This document shows, in pieces, positions 30,723-41,249 of a stretch of 64,000 nt of DNA. Each line of letters opens with the position of its first letter. The first letter of the stretch is position 1. Under the pieces are notes generated by a model. That model was not told where the DNA came from. It made no database searches and saw nothing but the letters and a program-made list of their open reading frames with translations. Origin of the DNA: Salisapilia sapeloensis CBS 127946 (taxonomy: Eukaryota; Protista; Oomycota); NCBI GenBank assembly GCA_023334545.1, contig JAADVB010000065.1, forward strand, positions 15,761-79,760. Direction: 5' to 3'. The translations under genes were made by a program, and so were the position numbers.

Positions 30723-32783
30723 ATGACTAAAACTGAGCCATGGAACGAGCTCAATAATGTGCCCCCGATGTTTCGAAGAGGTTATTATCAGAATCTTTGT
30801 GCATTGTTCCTGTAGCTCATCGCAATGTAGGTATCTCGAACAAGTTTACAAAGGATCATCGAGGCAACTTTCAAGACACAAGTATTAATGGTGCCACGGC
30901 ATCTCGGTTACGAGCTGAGAAGAGAGCTGCACGACAGGCAGAAGCTATTCAGCGACAACAAGAGAAAGTTAGTCATGAGGTATTTGCGCACTATGTTCCC
31001 GAGACTATTAACTTGGTCAGGCTAATGCCATGTGATGTCAATGCGATAGATGAAGAAAATTGAGGAACTAACGCGGTATCTTCACCGACAGCAGGCGAGA
31101 GAGGCTGATCGACTACGAAACCGATTGAACTACTCTGCAATTGTTATACAGCAGGCTTGCAGTCGGGCTATGCTCAGGTGGCGGAGACGACAGCAACTTC
31201 AGTCAACGGTAATCCAGCGCTATTGGCGTGGTTACAGGCACCGACAGCGGTATCTCGGGATGAAGCAAGAGCTGCGTCGCTTGATGCTTGATCACTCTGC
31301 TTGCTTGATCACGAGATCGCTGAGGATTTACATCCTTTACCAAAGACGAAAGCGAGTAGTTGTAGCCCAAGACAAAGCAGCATTAACGATACAACGGGTT
31401 GTTCGAGGTATTATCGGACGACGGCAAGCCGACATGGTAGTTTGGGATCTCCTCAATAAAGCCAGAAGGAACTGGGCAGCTATCAACATCCAAAAAAACA
31501 TGAAGTGTTACCTCATGAGGACCGTCTATCTCGATATCCTCTACTTAGTTTGCCGTATTCAAGCTAATATGCGAGGATACCTCATACGCAAGCGCCTCCG
31601 ATGGATTGCATCAATAGACATCGACGGGTTATGTAAATTTCAAGCATTATATCGAGGTTATGCTTTAAGACAGCGACGAAAACTTTGTTTCAGCAGGAAG
31701 CGGGTAAGCGATAGTTTGGGTTCAGAGGCGTTTACGACTACTTTTCCAGCTCACCAACTACTTGCTCGTCGGTCCCTTCCATCGGAAACCACTCTATGCA
31801 CTTCCAATCGTCTTGGGACTCCACCACTGCGTAAAGCAGACTCCCTTCGGACGCGAACTTGTGAAGATACTTCGATCGGTACAGGCATCAAGCGACCCTA
31901 CTGGGTTCCTTCAGGAATCAGTACATCTACGACCACTGTGCGTCTTCCCGCTTTAACGCAGTCCCGAAAACTTTCCATGTCGTTGGCAAATGAGGGTAGA
32001 ATGATGCAGTCGTTTGGTAACTTACAGTCCATTCAGACAACTCCAAAGAAGAGATTTCAAAGAACGATACGTCCAATACGACTGTCCCCTGTAGAGCACT
32101 TACCACACTCAGCATGCTCGCCTTTAACCTTGGAAAGTGAAGTGCCATCGGAGGACTGGGATCTAGAGTATCGCCAAAGGCGGGAGGAAGAGCTAAAGGC
32201 CAAGCTGATGTACCAACAGCAGCAAGCAAAGCGTCGACAGGAACTAGAGCTACAACTAAAAGAGGAAAGAGCTCGTGAAGCGAGTGAGAGGAAATTAATG
32301 GAAATGGAAGAACGTCGGCAGAAATTGGAAGTTAAAGTACAAAATCGTAGAGCTAGAGATTTGATCAAGAGAAGGTTTTGCAAGGAGCAGCGTTTGATGC
32401 AGCAAGAAAAGATGAAGATGGCGCGCGAAGAGCGTCTGATGCGTCTGCACATGAAAGTTAGGAGTCGAAAAGTGTCGGAGGAAGTTGCTACCAAGAAAAA
32501 GGAGGTCGAGCCTAAGCAAAGTGGTAGGAAATGGACTCCACAAGAGGGAACCTTACTGCGCTCAGCAGGTAGCACCAAGTCGAAAACCAAGCTAAAGGTT
32601 AATAGCAAAGAGGGCAAGGCAAAGACCAGATCAAGTAAGAAAGCCAAGCTTCATTCATCGTTACTCTTTCCAGAAGTATCTGTTACAGCGAGAGAACCAT
32701 CCAACAATAGCGTTCATGTCGAGTACGGAGATGAATTTGAGGATATAGTGGACGAACAAGAGCTTGTCCGACTGCTCTGCTAG
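30723..32783 (+). CDS. IQ calmodulin-binding motif protein with C-terminal coiled coil, 3 exons
   Basis: At least six IQ motifs (VIQQACSR, VIQRYWRGYRHR, TIQRVVRGIIGR, NIQKNMKCY, RIQANMRGYLIR, KFQALYRGYALR). Upstream exons are predicted from ATG 30723 through GT-AG introns at ~30781-30815 and ~30980-31049. Confidence 0.75.
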
Positions 32784-32790
32784 CATGTGC

Positions 32791-35292
32791 TTAAGCGACG
32801 TCCTTTCTGCGGAACAGGTACAGGTAGCCGCTGTCGAAGGGCGGGTATTCCGAGAGCGCTACTTTGTCATCGTTAAAGATAACCCATCGACCTTCCTTCT
32901 TCATGTGCGCCACGTAATGACCCGAGTTGACGTTCTTACCAATGTGGCTGACAAAGCCCATCAACTCATACTCGTGCTCGGCTTCAACGTCCAATCTCTT
33001 GAGCCCTCGTGCATTCGACTGCTGACCGTCGGCAGATGCGACGGCGGCGTCCAAGTCGTCCATGTGACTAAACAGCCACTCGGCTGCGCGGTCTGGGTTT
33101 TGGTCAGTTTGCTTGAGCGCAACTGTGGCCTGCTCGTCCGTGAAACCCATGGCCATGAGTGTCGATACAAGCTCTGTATTTACGTCTGGCGTTTTCGTCT
33201 TAGCGGCAGGAGGGTCGTTAAAGTCGGCGTCCTCCATGTGAGCCAAGACCCACTCCATGGCAGCTTCCGGCGATCCGTTGTTGGTGGCAATGGCAGCACG
33301 TTTGCATCCGTTGATGGGGAAGCCCATGCTCATGAGCTGCATCACCAACGTCTCGTCCGGCTCCACTTCCTGCGACTCGGATGCTGAGGCTGCTTCGTCC
33401 TCTGGCAGCAGCGTCTCGTCTGGCTGTGGGCCTGTAGCCTTATAGTCCGAAGCAGAGAGGTAGGAAGACAAGGAGAAGGTCTCTGGCACGTCGACACTAA
33501 CGTCCATTTTCTTGGGCGTCCAGTCATCCGAGACGTAGAAGCGGCGCATCTGGAGAAGCAGGTAGCGAGGATAACTTTTTAATCGAACGACCTTTTCGGC
33601 ATCTCCTTTCTGCTTTGTTGCTGGCGATAAAAAGTCGTGAATGGTTTCCGTCGCAAAGTACGAGCGCAAGCACGCCTCGAACGGTACCTTCGGGACGACA
33701 GCCTCTCCGCTGTCGTTAGCGTCCGTCCGCTGTCGTTTCTGTTCCTTTTCCAAATACGCCTGCACCTCGCTTTGGTTCGTCGCACAGTCCATGGGAATAG
33801 GCATCTGCAATATACTCTCGTCTCGGCTGACGTACTTGACCTGCTTCGAAGCGAGACACTGGACACGGTCTTCTAAAGCGAATCGGAAGAGCTGGGAGGT
33901 AGGTGTGCTCTTCGACTCAGCGTCGGACGGAATCAACGCGCCGATGCGGTCGACAGACGTACGTTCACTCTTCTGCATCACATCGAGCAGGTAGAAGAGG
34001 TATTCGACTGCGTCCTGCTGCTGGTTTGTGGAAAAGTCCGGATGTCCTCGTCCGACAAGAGATCGGAATGTCGTCGGACGCAGCTCTGGGTCTTTCCACT
34101 CCTCCACCAGTTCTCCGTCTTCTATCGTACGCTTGTACCTGTCTGTGAGGACACCTTTGGCCAATTTGGCAAGTTGCGTGGGCAAATCGTCCGACGGATT
34201 GTCCGGCGCGGACTGGAAGACCACGTCCGCCGGTTCCAAGTATCTGTTCTGCACTTCGGTCATTGCCAGCAGGAGTTGTAGCGTCGAGTTCATGTAGCAA
34301 CTGTTGCCGAGGTTCTTGAGGCCAATGTACCCTGCGCCCGTCACTGGCTGTAGCTTGTTCCCGGCCTCGGTGATCTTGTCAAATTCGTACGACATGTTCA
34401 GGCCGACCTGCAGTTCATCCATCGACTTGTCCGTCTTTTTCATCTGGGCGACGTTGATGCCAAAGTGGGCCAAATGGGCGCTCAAGTGAGGATCAATCAC
34501 CATGTCGTCTTCGTCCGCAGCGTAGCTGTACACGTCTCCACCTTCTGCCGTGATCGTGCCTAGTTTTACAGACAAAGGGAACTGCTTGTCAGTGTCGTCG
34601 TAGTGGCGGAGTGCCTCTCCACATCCGCCGGACCCGTCCCAGTTGCGACGCCCACAGCCAATGTATCCGTCCGACAGATTCATCCAGAGATTCTCCTTCT
34701 TGTCGCAATCACCAGCCTGGCATTGCCATTTAGACGGATCCGACGACACTTTTGTAGCATCCGGTAGCTGAACAAGGTTGTCGGCATATTTGGTAACCTT
34801 CCTCTGCTCCTCCCACGTCGCAACTTCCTCTGTCACAGTATTGCCAGCGTGCTGGAGCACGCTCTCGACGCTTTCTTTTACATTCTGGGGGACAGCTGCA
34901 TCATGCAGAGGAAGTTCCTGCGGATCTTCCGATTCGTTCGTAAAGATAGCGATCCGATCGTCTCGTTCGACATCGTACCTGTCTTCCTTATCGGCAGCGA
35001 AGCCTCCGACAGCAGACCCGATGGCCAACTTGGACGGAGTCTGCGCCTTCTCTTCTGTCTTATTTTTGGGAATCTTCTTGTAGCACCGATGAAGGTAGAT
35101 GCTATTGGGATGCTTTAGTCGGTCGAGAAGGATGTACCGTTGCCCAAAGGATTGGAAAGTCGATAGATTCGTAAAGAGTCCATCGGTTGAAAATGGCGAG
35201 TCGAATGAGAACATGCATTCATCCTTGAACACTCGGTCGGATGGCCGAGCAATGCGTGCGGATGCCGAGGCCACTTGTACTTTCACCTCCAT
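32791..35292 (-). CDS. USP5: Ubiquitin carboxyl-terminal hydrolase 5/13 (Ubp14/isopeptidase T)
   Basis: N-terminal DRVFKDECMFSFDSP, ZnF-UBP (ENLWMNLSDGYIGCGR...VKLGTI), Cys box GLKNLGNSCYMN, QQDA, two UBA domains (MGF), His box GHYVAH. Intronless; start is either 35292 or 35331. Confidence 0.96.
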   Translation of the reverse strand: MEVKVQVASASARIARPSDRVFKDECMFSFDSPFSTDGLFTNLSTFQSFGQRYILLDRLKHPNSIYLHRCYKKIPKNKTEEKAQTPSKLAIGSAVGGFAADKEDRYDVERDDRIAIFTNESEDPQELPLHDAAVPQNVKESVESVLQHAGNTVTEEVATWEEQRKVTKYADNLVQLPDATKVSSDPSKWQCQAGDCDKKENLWMNLSDGYIGCGRRNWDGSGGCGEALRHYDDTDKQFPLSVKLGTITAEGGDVYSYAADEDDMVIDPHLSAHLAHFGINVAQMKKTDKSMDELQVGLNMSYEFDKITEAGNKLQPVTGAGYIGLKNLGNSCYMNSTLQLLLAMTEVQNRYLEPADVVFQSAPDNPSDDLPTQLAKLAKGVLTDRYKRTIEDGELVEEWKDPELRPTTFRSLVGRGHPDFSTNQQQDAVEYLFYLLDVMQKSERTSVDRIGALIPSDAESKSTPTSQLFRFALEDRVQCLASKQVKYVSRDESILQMPIPMDCATNQSEVQAYLEKEQKRQRTDANDSGEAVVPKVPFEACLRSYFATETIHDFLSPATKQKGDAEKVVRLKSYPRYLLLQMRRFYVSDDWTPKKMDVSVDVPETFSLSSYLSASDYKATGPQPDETLLPEDEAASASESQEVEPDETLVMQLMSMGFPINGCKRAAIATNNGSPEAAMEWVLAHMEDADFNDPPAAKTKTPDVNTELVSTLMAMGFTDEQATVALKQTDQNPDRAAEWLFSHMDDLDAAVASADGQQSNARGLKRLDVEAEHEYELMGFVSHIGKNVNSGHYVAHMKKEGRWVIFNDDKVALSEYPPFDSGYLYLFRRKDVA

Positions 35293-35380
35293 ACTTGTTG
35301 TACGCTGTCTGGAAGATTCTAACCATTGCAACCTTCGTGCAACCTCCTCGCACCAACATCAAACAGGTTTCAATCGCAAT

Positions 35381-38300
35381 ATGAGCGATCGAGAAGAGAG
35401 CGCCCTGGAGCTACCGCTCGTCGGGTCTCGAGATGACGGAATCATCGATTTTGCACGCGTATATAGGCGTAGCAGAGGAGACCAAGGTATGGAGTCGATG
35501 AACGAACTCCCCAAGGAGTTTTCGACCAACAGCGAGCTCCAGAGGCAGCCAAAGGTGGAGACGGAGGACGAAGACTTGGTGCGTGAAGCACCTGATCAGA
35601 CCCACTTGCTCCAATCTAGCCATGCGAGAGATGAGTCTTCATCTGGCTTTCGACACGTACCTCTGAATGACGACGATGCCGTTCGAGAACGCCGAGGGAA
35701 GCCGATGCTACGCTTTACCAAGCCAACGACCGCGCCATTTCTAGAAGCTGCAGAGGTGGAGTGCAACACTAGACGGCGCATCCAGCTCCTGCAGGACGGT
35801 GGAAGTGATGAGCTGTATTCCAAGATTGAACAAGTTCCATGGGAAGACGACATTCAGTGGGGATCGGATAACGAGAAGAAAAGGGATCATGACGACGCAA
35901 AGAAATCGAGTACAGCGCCACCAGCCAACACCTACAGTCGCAGCACTTCTGCTGCTGAGACCATGTGGGTACCGGACATGCGTCAGCAAGCGTTTGACAT
36001 GACCAAGCCAGGTCTCCATCGCTGGGAGATTGACGGTGAGAGCAGTCGACCGAAAGCGACGGCTCCGAGAGCCCCGAAAGCAAATGCTCAAGATCTTCCT
36101 TGCGTGTTGAATGAAGAGTTTGAGCGAGGCGACTGGGTACGAGCGATCGGGTGGGAAGCGACGTGGACGATGCCGGACAGCCAGCTCGTGCTAGATGAGA
36201 ACGATACGCACCTGATCTTTTTGACAAAGGAGATGGAAGAGCTACGACCGACGCTGCGTATTCCAGAGCGCAAGTTGGGTGCCGCGGAGAAGAAGAGACA
36301 AGAGAACAATGCCAAGTTGACGGCCAAGAACCACCGGATCAAGGATGTGATGGACCACCTCGAATTTGGCGATGAAGTCGCTGAGAACAAGTTAGGCACA
36401 GAAGGAGGCAAGAAGCCGAGTAATAGTCGTGTGAAGAAGAGTATAGGGTACGTCCATCACTCAATGCCGGCGATTAAGCTGACGCTGACAAAGCCAGAGC
36501 TGCCAAAGTCTAAGCTACGTGACTTTCATCGTCCTCGAGGCCGATTTAAAATCAACGAGCACGTTGCGTTCGCTCCACCGCAGCCCACGAGCTCCAAGGC
36601 GCCAAAGAACGACTCGTCCGTTGTCGCTCAGATCAAGAAGAGCAGCGACTTGAATCCGACGGCCGGCGGGAAGCTAGTCATGATCGAGTACACGGAGCAG
36701 AACCCTCCGGTGTTGTCCAACCTCGGCATGGCGTCTCGCATCCTGCACTATTGGCGTGCTCCGGAAGACGAGGAGAAGACGTTGGAGACGGCGTTCAAGA
36801 AACGTCCGAAGAAGTCACAGCCAAAGCCTCCGGACATGAAGATGGGTCAGGTGATTACGCTGGGCGAGAGGGACGAGTCGCCGTTCGTGGGCGACGTGCC
36901 ACCTGGTCGAGTCGTCACGTCCTTAAACTCGAAGCTGTTCAAAGTGCCGCTCTTCAAGCACAAGCCTCGCGTGCCGTACGTGAAGGAGCCAGGTCAGCGC
37001 TCTCACGCTGCGTCGGAGCTCTTCCTGCTGTGCCGTAGCGCCAGTAAGAAGAAGGGTCTTGGTGTCCCTAAGTCCACGATGTACGTACTGGAGCTGCCGG
37101 ACACATACTTGGCAGGCCAGATCGAGCCTCAGATGGAGGTACCGGCGCCAAACTCTCGCAGTGCCAACGACTTTATTCGTCCATACATGTCCTTCCACAT
37201 CCTTCGATTGTTCAAGAAAGCAAGCGATGGCGAGCGACTGAAGATTGAGGACATTGCTCGTGCGTTTCCGAACCAGTCGAGTACTGCGACGCGTAAACGT
37301 ATGAAGGAGGTGGCGACGTTTGAGCGTGGCGGTAACGACTCTGGCTGGTGGAAAAAGAAGCCGACATCGATGCTCACGAGTGAAGAGGAGCTGGCGGACA
37401 GCATCTCACCAGAGTCAGTGTGTCTCTATGAGAGCATGATGGCTGGTCATCGGAAGCTCATGGACATTGGACTAACGAGGATCTCGATGCCGACGGGCGT
37501 GAACACTGCTATCAACCACCTTTTGAAGCGACTGGAAGTGCGGAAGAAGACCTTGTCGCAACATATTATCGAGCCCCGAGGGCTGGACAAGCGCGCGAAG
37601 GAACGAGCGAAGACGGCACTCTTCAAGACCGATCCGGTCGTTCGGAAGCTGGAAAAAGAGATTCAGGTGGGACGGTACATCTACGAGCAACTGCAGCTGA
37701 CGCCGTGGAATCTGACCAACAATTACGTCGAGTGTCACTTGCAAGGCAAGGGCTCTGGGATGCTCAAGCTCCGAGGACTTGGTGATCCGACCGGACGAGG
37801 GGAAGGATTTAGTTTCGTCCGTGTACCTCAGTCGCGTGCCAAGAAGCGAGATGGAGAGGACGATGGAGCAGGCAATGCAGCTGGATCGACGGCCGTCAAA
37901 GATGCAGTGGCAGCGGTGACGGGTACGGCGGCCGATCTGCGGAAGCTGAAGATGAAGGAGGCAGGAGACGTGTTGCGCAACTTGGGTCTAGCTGACGAAG
38001 ACATTAAAAAACTGAAGCGATGGGATCGAATCCACATGGTGCGAGAGCTGAGTAGTCGAGCAACAGCACACGGCATGGCTGGGCCCTTGTCTAAGTTTGC
38101 TCGAGGGGCAAGGAAGAGTTTATCGGCACAGCAGCAAGAGTACAGAAAGCGATGCGACGAAATTTACGCGTGCCAGATGAATGTGCTATCGTCAGAGGAG
38201 CTTCCCGTGGCGTCGGATGAAGAGTCTGATGGAGAGGATGATATGTTTGATGAGCTGACGAAGGACCTAGAAGACGATATCATCGGCAGCTCTAACGGAG

Positions 38301-39583
38301 ACAATAAGATCGCCAAGCGCGGGCCGAAGAACATTTTCTCCAAGGGAGGCGGAGGACTCAATCGGACGGTGGAGGCCGTGGCGGAGCGAGAGGACGCTGC
38401 CGAGTTGAGAAAGCTTTTGCGAGATATGAAGGAAGACGCAGGCGAGCGTCGGCCGGATGTGGACAGTAGCCAGCTGCGCAGTCAGCTCCAGGCAAGCGGT
38501 ATTGAAAGTAGCAGTGCGTCCAGGACTGGCGCGTCAAGAGGAGAGTCGGGTTTTAACAGTGCCACGGCGACTCCTCCATCCCAAACCCGAGCGTCGTCTC
38601 CGTCCATGCCTACTCCTCAGCCGAGTGCAAGGCCAACGAAGAAGGCCTTGATGCGTACCACTCGGACGATCAAAGAGGACGGGAGTGAAGATGTGAAGAT
38701 TGAGTTCATCACGGACGAACGGCAAGTGCGTGAATTCCAGCGGCAGGAAGCGAGACATTCACGCAAGGATAATGCCACGAACCGCAAGAGGAAGCGCGTC
38801 CTTGGTGCGGAAGAAGACGCTGCGAAGAAACGCAAGCAGCTCCAGGATGAACTGAGGCAGCTGCAGAGGACGGAGGAGCAGAACAAGGGGTATCAGGAGA
38901 TGCTGCAGAAGCAAGGCCAGCCTGGATCCGGAGCCTTCGAGTCAACGCCCCCAAGGGGTGGCATCCGCTGCACCCAATGTGGACAAGTGGGTCACATGCG
39001 GACGAATCGGAACTGTCCTCTGTACATGGCCAGCAGCGAGGCCAAGCCGAAGAAGGAGGAGGTGGTGGACGCAGACGGGAAGATCACTGTGAACCTGTCG
39101 GAGCTGAGAGAGGGTGCACGGCGAGCAAATGAAGAGAAGAAGAGGAAGAGACTGCAGGAGCAGCAGGAGCAGGCAGAGATATACCGTCGGCCGTACTTGA
39201 ACAACGTGGTGAAGCAGAGCAGAAGCCGTATGCCTAAGGAACAGCTAAATGAAACGCTCGGGCAAGTCGTGGACAACCTAATCGGTATGCCAGAGAGCGA
39301 GATCTTCCGCGCGGCAGTCAACCCAGAGGCTGTGCCAGGCTACTACCAGTTCATCAAGCACCCGATCGATCTCGGCGCGATCAAGCAGAAGACGGAGAAA
39401 CAAGAGTACGACCTGATGCGTGACTTTGTGAAAGACCTGGAGCTCATGGTGAGCAACTCCAAGGCGTACAACGGCGACCCGAGCGTCTCGGTGATCACTC
39501 AGAACGCTGTACTTTTGCAAAAGAAGGCGCAGGAGGAGCTATCTCAGGTCAAGACGGAAGGAGGGTACACGCCTCGAGACTAG
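35381..39583 (+). CDS. TAF1: TFIID subunit 1 with DUF3591 core, zinc knuckle and one bromodomain
   Basis: Motifs HSMPAIKL, FHRPR, EYTEQNPPVLSNLGM, GQIEP, APNSR, PESVCLYESM, LTPWNLT, GDPTGRGEGFSF, RWDRIHMVR; CTQCGQVGHMRTNRNCP knuckle; bromodomain PGYYQFIKHPIDL...NSKAYN. Start placed at ATG 35381 because the 35099 extension overlaps USP5. Confidence 0.95.
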   Translation: MSDREESALELPLVGSRDDGIIDFARVYRRSRGDQGMESMNELPKEFSTNSELQRQPKVETEDEDLVREAPDQTHLLQSSHARDESSSGFRHVPLNDDDAVRERRGKPMLRFTKPTTAPFLEAAEVECNTRRRIQLLQDGGSDELYSKIEQVPWEDDIQWGSDNEKKRDHDDAKKSSTAPPANTYSRSTSAAETMWVPDMRQQAFDMTKPGLHRWEIDGESSRPKATAPRAPKANAQDLPCVLNEEFERGDWVRAIGWEATWTMPDSQLVLDENDTHLIFLTKEMEELRPTLRIPERKLGAAEKKRQENNAKLTAKNHRIKDVMDHLEFGDEVAENKLGTEGGKKPSNSRVKKSIGYVHHSMPAIKLTLTKPELPKSKLRDFHRPRGRFKINEHVAFAPPQPTSSKAPKNDSSVVAQIKKSSDLNPTAGGKLVMIEYTEQNPPVLSNLGMASRILHYWRAPEDEEKTLETAFKKRPKKSQPKPPDMKMGQVITLGERDESPFVGDVPPGRVVTSLNSKLFKVPLFKHKPRVPYVKEPGQRSHAASELFLLCRSASKKKGLGVPKSTMYVLELPDTYLAGQIEPQMEVPAPNSRSANDFIRPYMSFHILRLFKKASDGERLKIEDIARAFPNQSSTATRKRMKEVATFERGGNDSGWWKKKPTSMLTSEEELADSISPESVCLYESMMAGHRKLMDIGLTRISMPTGVNTAINHLLKRLEVRKKTLSQHIIEPRGLDKRAKERAKTALFKTDPVVRKLEKEIQVGRYIYEQLQLTPWNLTNNYVECHLQGKGSGMLKLRGLGDPTGRGEGFSFVRVPQSRAKKRDGEDDGAGNAAGSTAVKDAVAAVTGTAADLRKLKMKEAGDVLRNLGLADEDIKKLKRWDRIHMVRELSSRATAHGMAGPLSKFARGARKSLSAQQQEYRKRCDEIYACQMNVLSSEELPVASDEESDGEDDMFDELTKDLEDDIIGSSNGDNKIAKRGPKNIFSKGGGGLNRTVEAVAEREDAAELRKLLRDMKEDAGERRPDVDSSQLRSQLQASGIESSSASRTGASRGESGFNSATATPPSQTRASSPSMPTPQPSARPTKKALMRTTRTIKEDGSEDVKIEFITDERQVREFQRQEARHSRKDNATNRKRKRVLGAEEDAAKKRKQLQDELRQLQRTEEQNKGYQEMLQKQGQPGSGAFESTPPRGGIRCTQCGQVGHMRTNRNCPLYMASSEAKPKKEEVVDADGKITVNLSELREGARRANEEKKRKRLQEQQEQAEIYRRPYLNNVVKQSRSRMPKEQLNETLGQVVDNLIGMPESEIFRAAVNPEAVPGYYQFIKHPIDLGAIKQKTEKQEYDLMRDFVKDLELMVSNSKAYNGDPSVSVITQNAVLLQKKAQEELSQVKTEGGYTPRD

Positions 39584-39609
39584 AAAGAAGGAAAATACAT
39601 TCTTTGGCT

Positions 39610-40966
39610 TTAGGACATCACCTTGTTCTTTTTCAGGTACCCTGTGGCAAAGACACTAATGGCCGCTGCGATAAGACTGCATCCGACAAGCGTCTGGTGC
39701 TTCTCAAAGAGCTGTAGCGCCCTCGCCATGACGCCTTGGACCTCTAACACGGCAGGCTTTTTGTTCTTCTTGACAGCAGAAGACCGGCCGATGTCCTCGA
39801 TGTCTCCGTCCTCGGTCTTCTTGTTCTTGTTCTTGAGCGCAAGCTGGCCGCAGGCCCCATCAATGTCCATCCCGTGGTTCTCACGGATCGTTACCTTGAG
39901 GTTGTACGGATTGCGCAAGACGGAGTGAAAGGCTTGGATGGCTTCGCGGGACGGAGCGTTGTAGGCTGCGTCCACTTCCGTCGCGTTGTACGGAATGAGA
40001 TTCACGTGCACGGAACGATTCTGGAGCAGCTTTCCGAGGTCATGTGCGGTTTCGATCGAGTCATTTACGCCTTCCAGCATACAGTACTCGACCATGACCA
40101 TTCGGTTCTCCCTATTTTCATACTGTTAAAATTGGACAATTCTAATCAATGCTGTTAAACACACTTTTGGGCAAGATGCTCGTCGACAACGGTCATGAGC
40201 TTGTCTAGCGGGTAAGCAGTTGAAGTTGGAACGATTTCGGACCGAAGTGTTTGTGTCGGGGCGTGCAGAGACAGCGCCAGTCGGACCAGTGGAGCGTCCT
40301 ATGAGTAGAGTTTAGTCTTCGAGCATATTTATGTACGTGAATGCGTAGGACCTTGTTGAGTTGGCGGATGCGGTGAATGACACCAACAGTTGAAAGCGTG
40401 ATGTGTCGTGGGGCGATGCCAAAGACGCTAGTCATACCTCGGATGGCATCCAGTACAGCGTCGTAATTGTTCAAGGGCTCGCCCATGCCCATGAAAACAA
40501 CGTTTCGGATAGGAGCAAAGCGGAAGGCAGCTGCCAACTGCTCTAGGATCTCCCCACTGCATAAGTCGGCAATGATGCCCATGGTCCCCGTTGCACAGAA
40601 CGTGCAGCCCATTTGGCATCCTACTTGGGACGACACGCACAGCGTGTGTCTGCCTGTGTGCTTCATGATGACTGCTTCGACCTCGTGACCATCCTGCAGT
40701 CGCAGCAAAAGCTTGATTGTACCATCGCTGGACTCTTGCTTGGTAATAAGGCTTAAAGAACTGACAGTGAACTCCTCCGCCAGTCGCTTTTTCAGCTTAT
40801 GAGGCAAATTCGGCACCTTGTCCAAGTTTTTCTCTTCCGGATGCTGAGCCAAGTACCGCCAGATCGTCGTAGCATGTAGCTCTTTAAATCCTTCCGCTCG
40901 AAGGAACTCTGGCAGTCGTGTCTGGTCCAGCAGAGGCTGTGGCGATAGCGACCTCTTCTTGACCAT
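39610..40966 (-). CDS. RlmN/Cfr-family radical-SAM RNA methyltransferase (~416 aa, 3 exons) with hydrophobic C-terminal tail
   Basis: Exons 40966-40352, 40298-40165 and 40111-39610 splice in frame. Motifs TLCVSSQVGCQMGCTFCATG (CxxxCxxC), VFMGMGEP, SLHAP, EYCML, VNLIPYN, DIDGACGQL (second catalytic Cys). Confidence 0.93.
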
Positions 40967-41249
40967 GTTTGTTGGTTGTCAATTTTAGTGTCATTTAGCA
41001 GGTTTTACTTGTGACACACTCCTTTTCTTCCCTTCGTAACACAAAGCATACAAATTGAAGGGTATGATAGCTCTTCCATTGCACATCATAATGCAAGTAG
41101 GGCGTTGAATTAATCTTCAGCTTTGCCTGTGATTGGTCCCATATGGGCAACTGCGCTCGGATTGGAGGAAAATCTGGCAAGACGAACCACAAAACTTGAC
41201 ACAAAACACAAAAGCGTCGACTCGGCAGAAGAAGGGAGCTTCGGAGGTG

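Noticed and set aside
32764-33387. 207-aa plus-strand ORF and the many similar short overlapping ORFs in long genes
   Set aside because: Shadow ORFs expected in GC-balanced coding DNA; no independent support.
35099-35380. N-terminal extension of the TAF1 ORF
   Set aside because: It is antisense to the conserved USP5 N-terminus; ATG 35381 is the more plausible start.
38960-39560. TAF1 having a single bromodomain
   Set aside because: One bromodomain is already known in non-metazoan TAF1s such as plants; not unusual.
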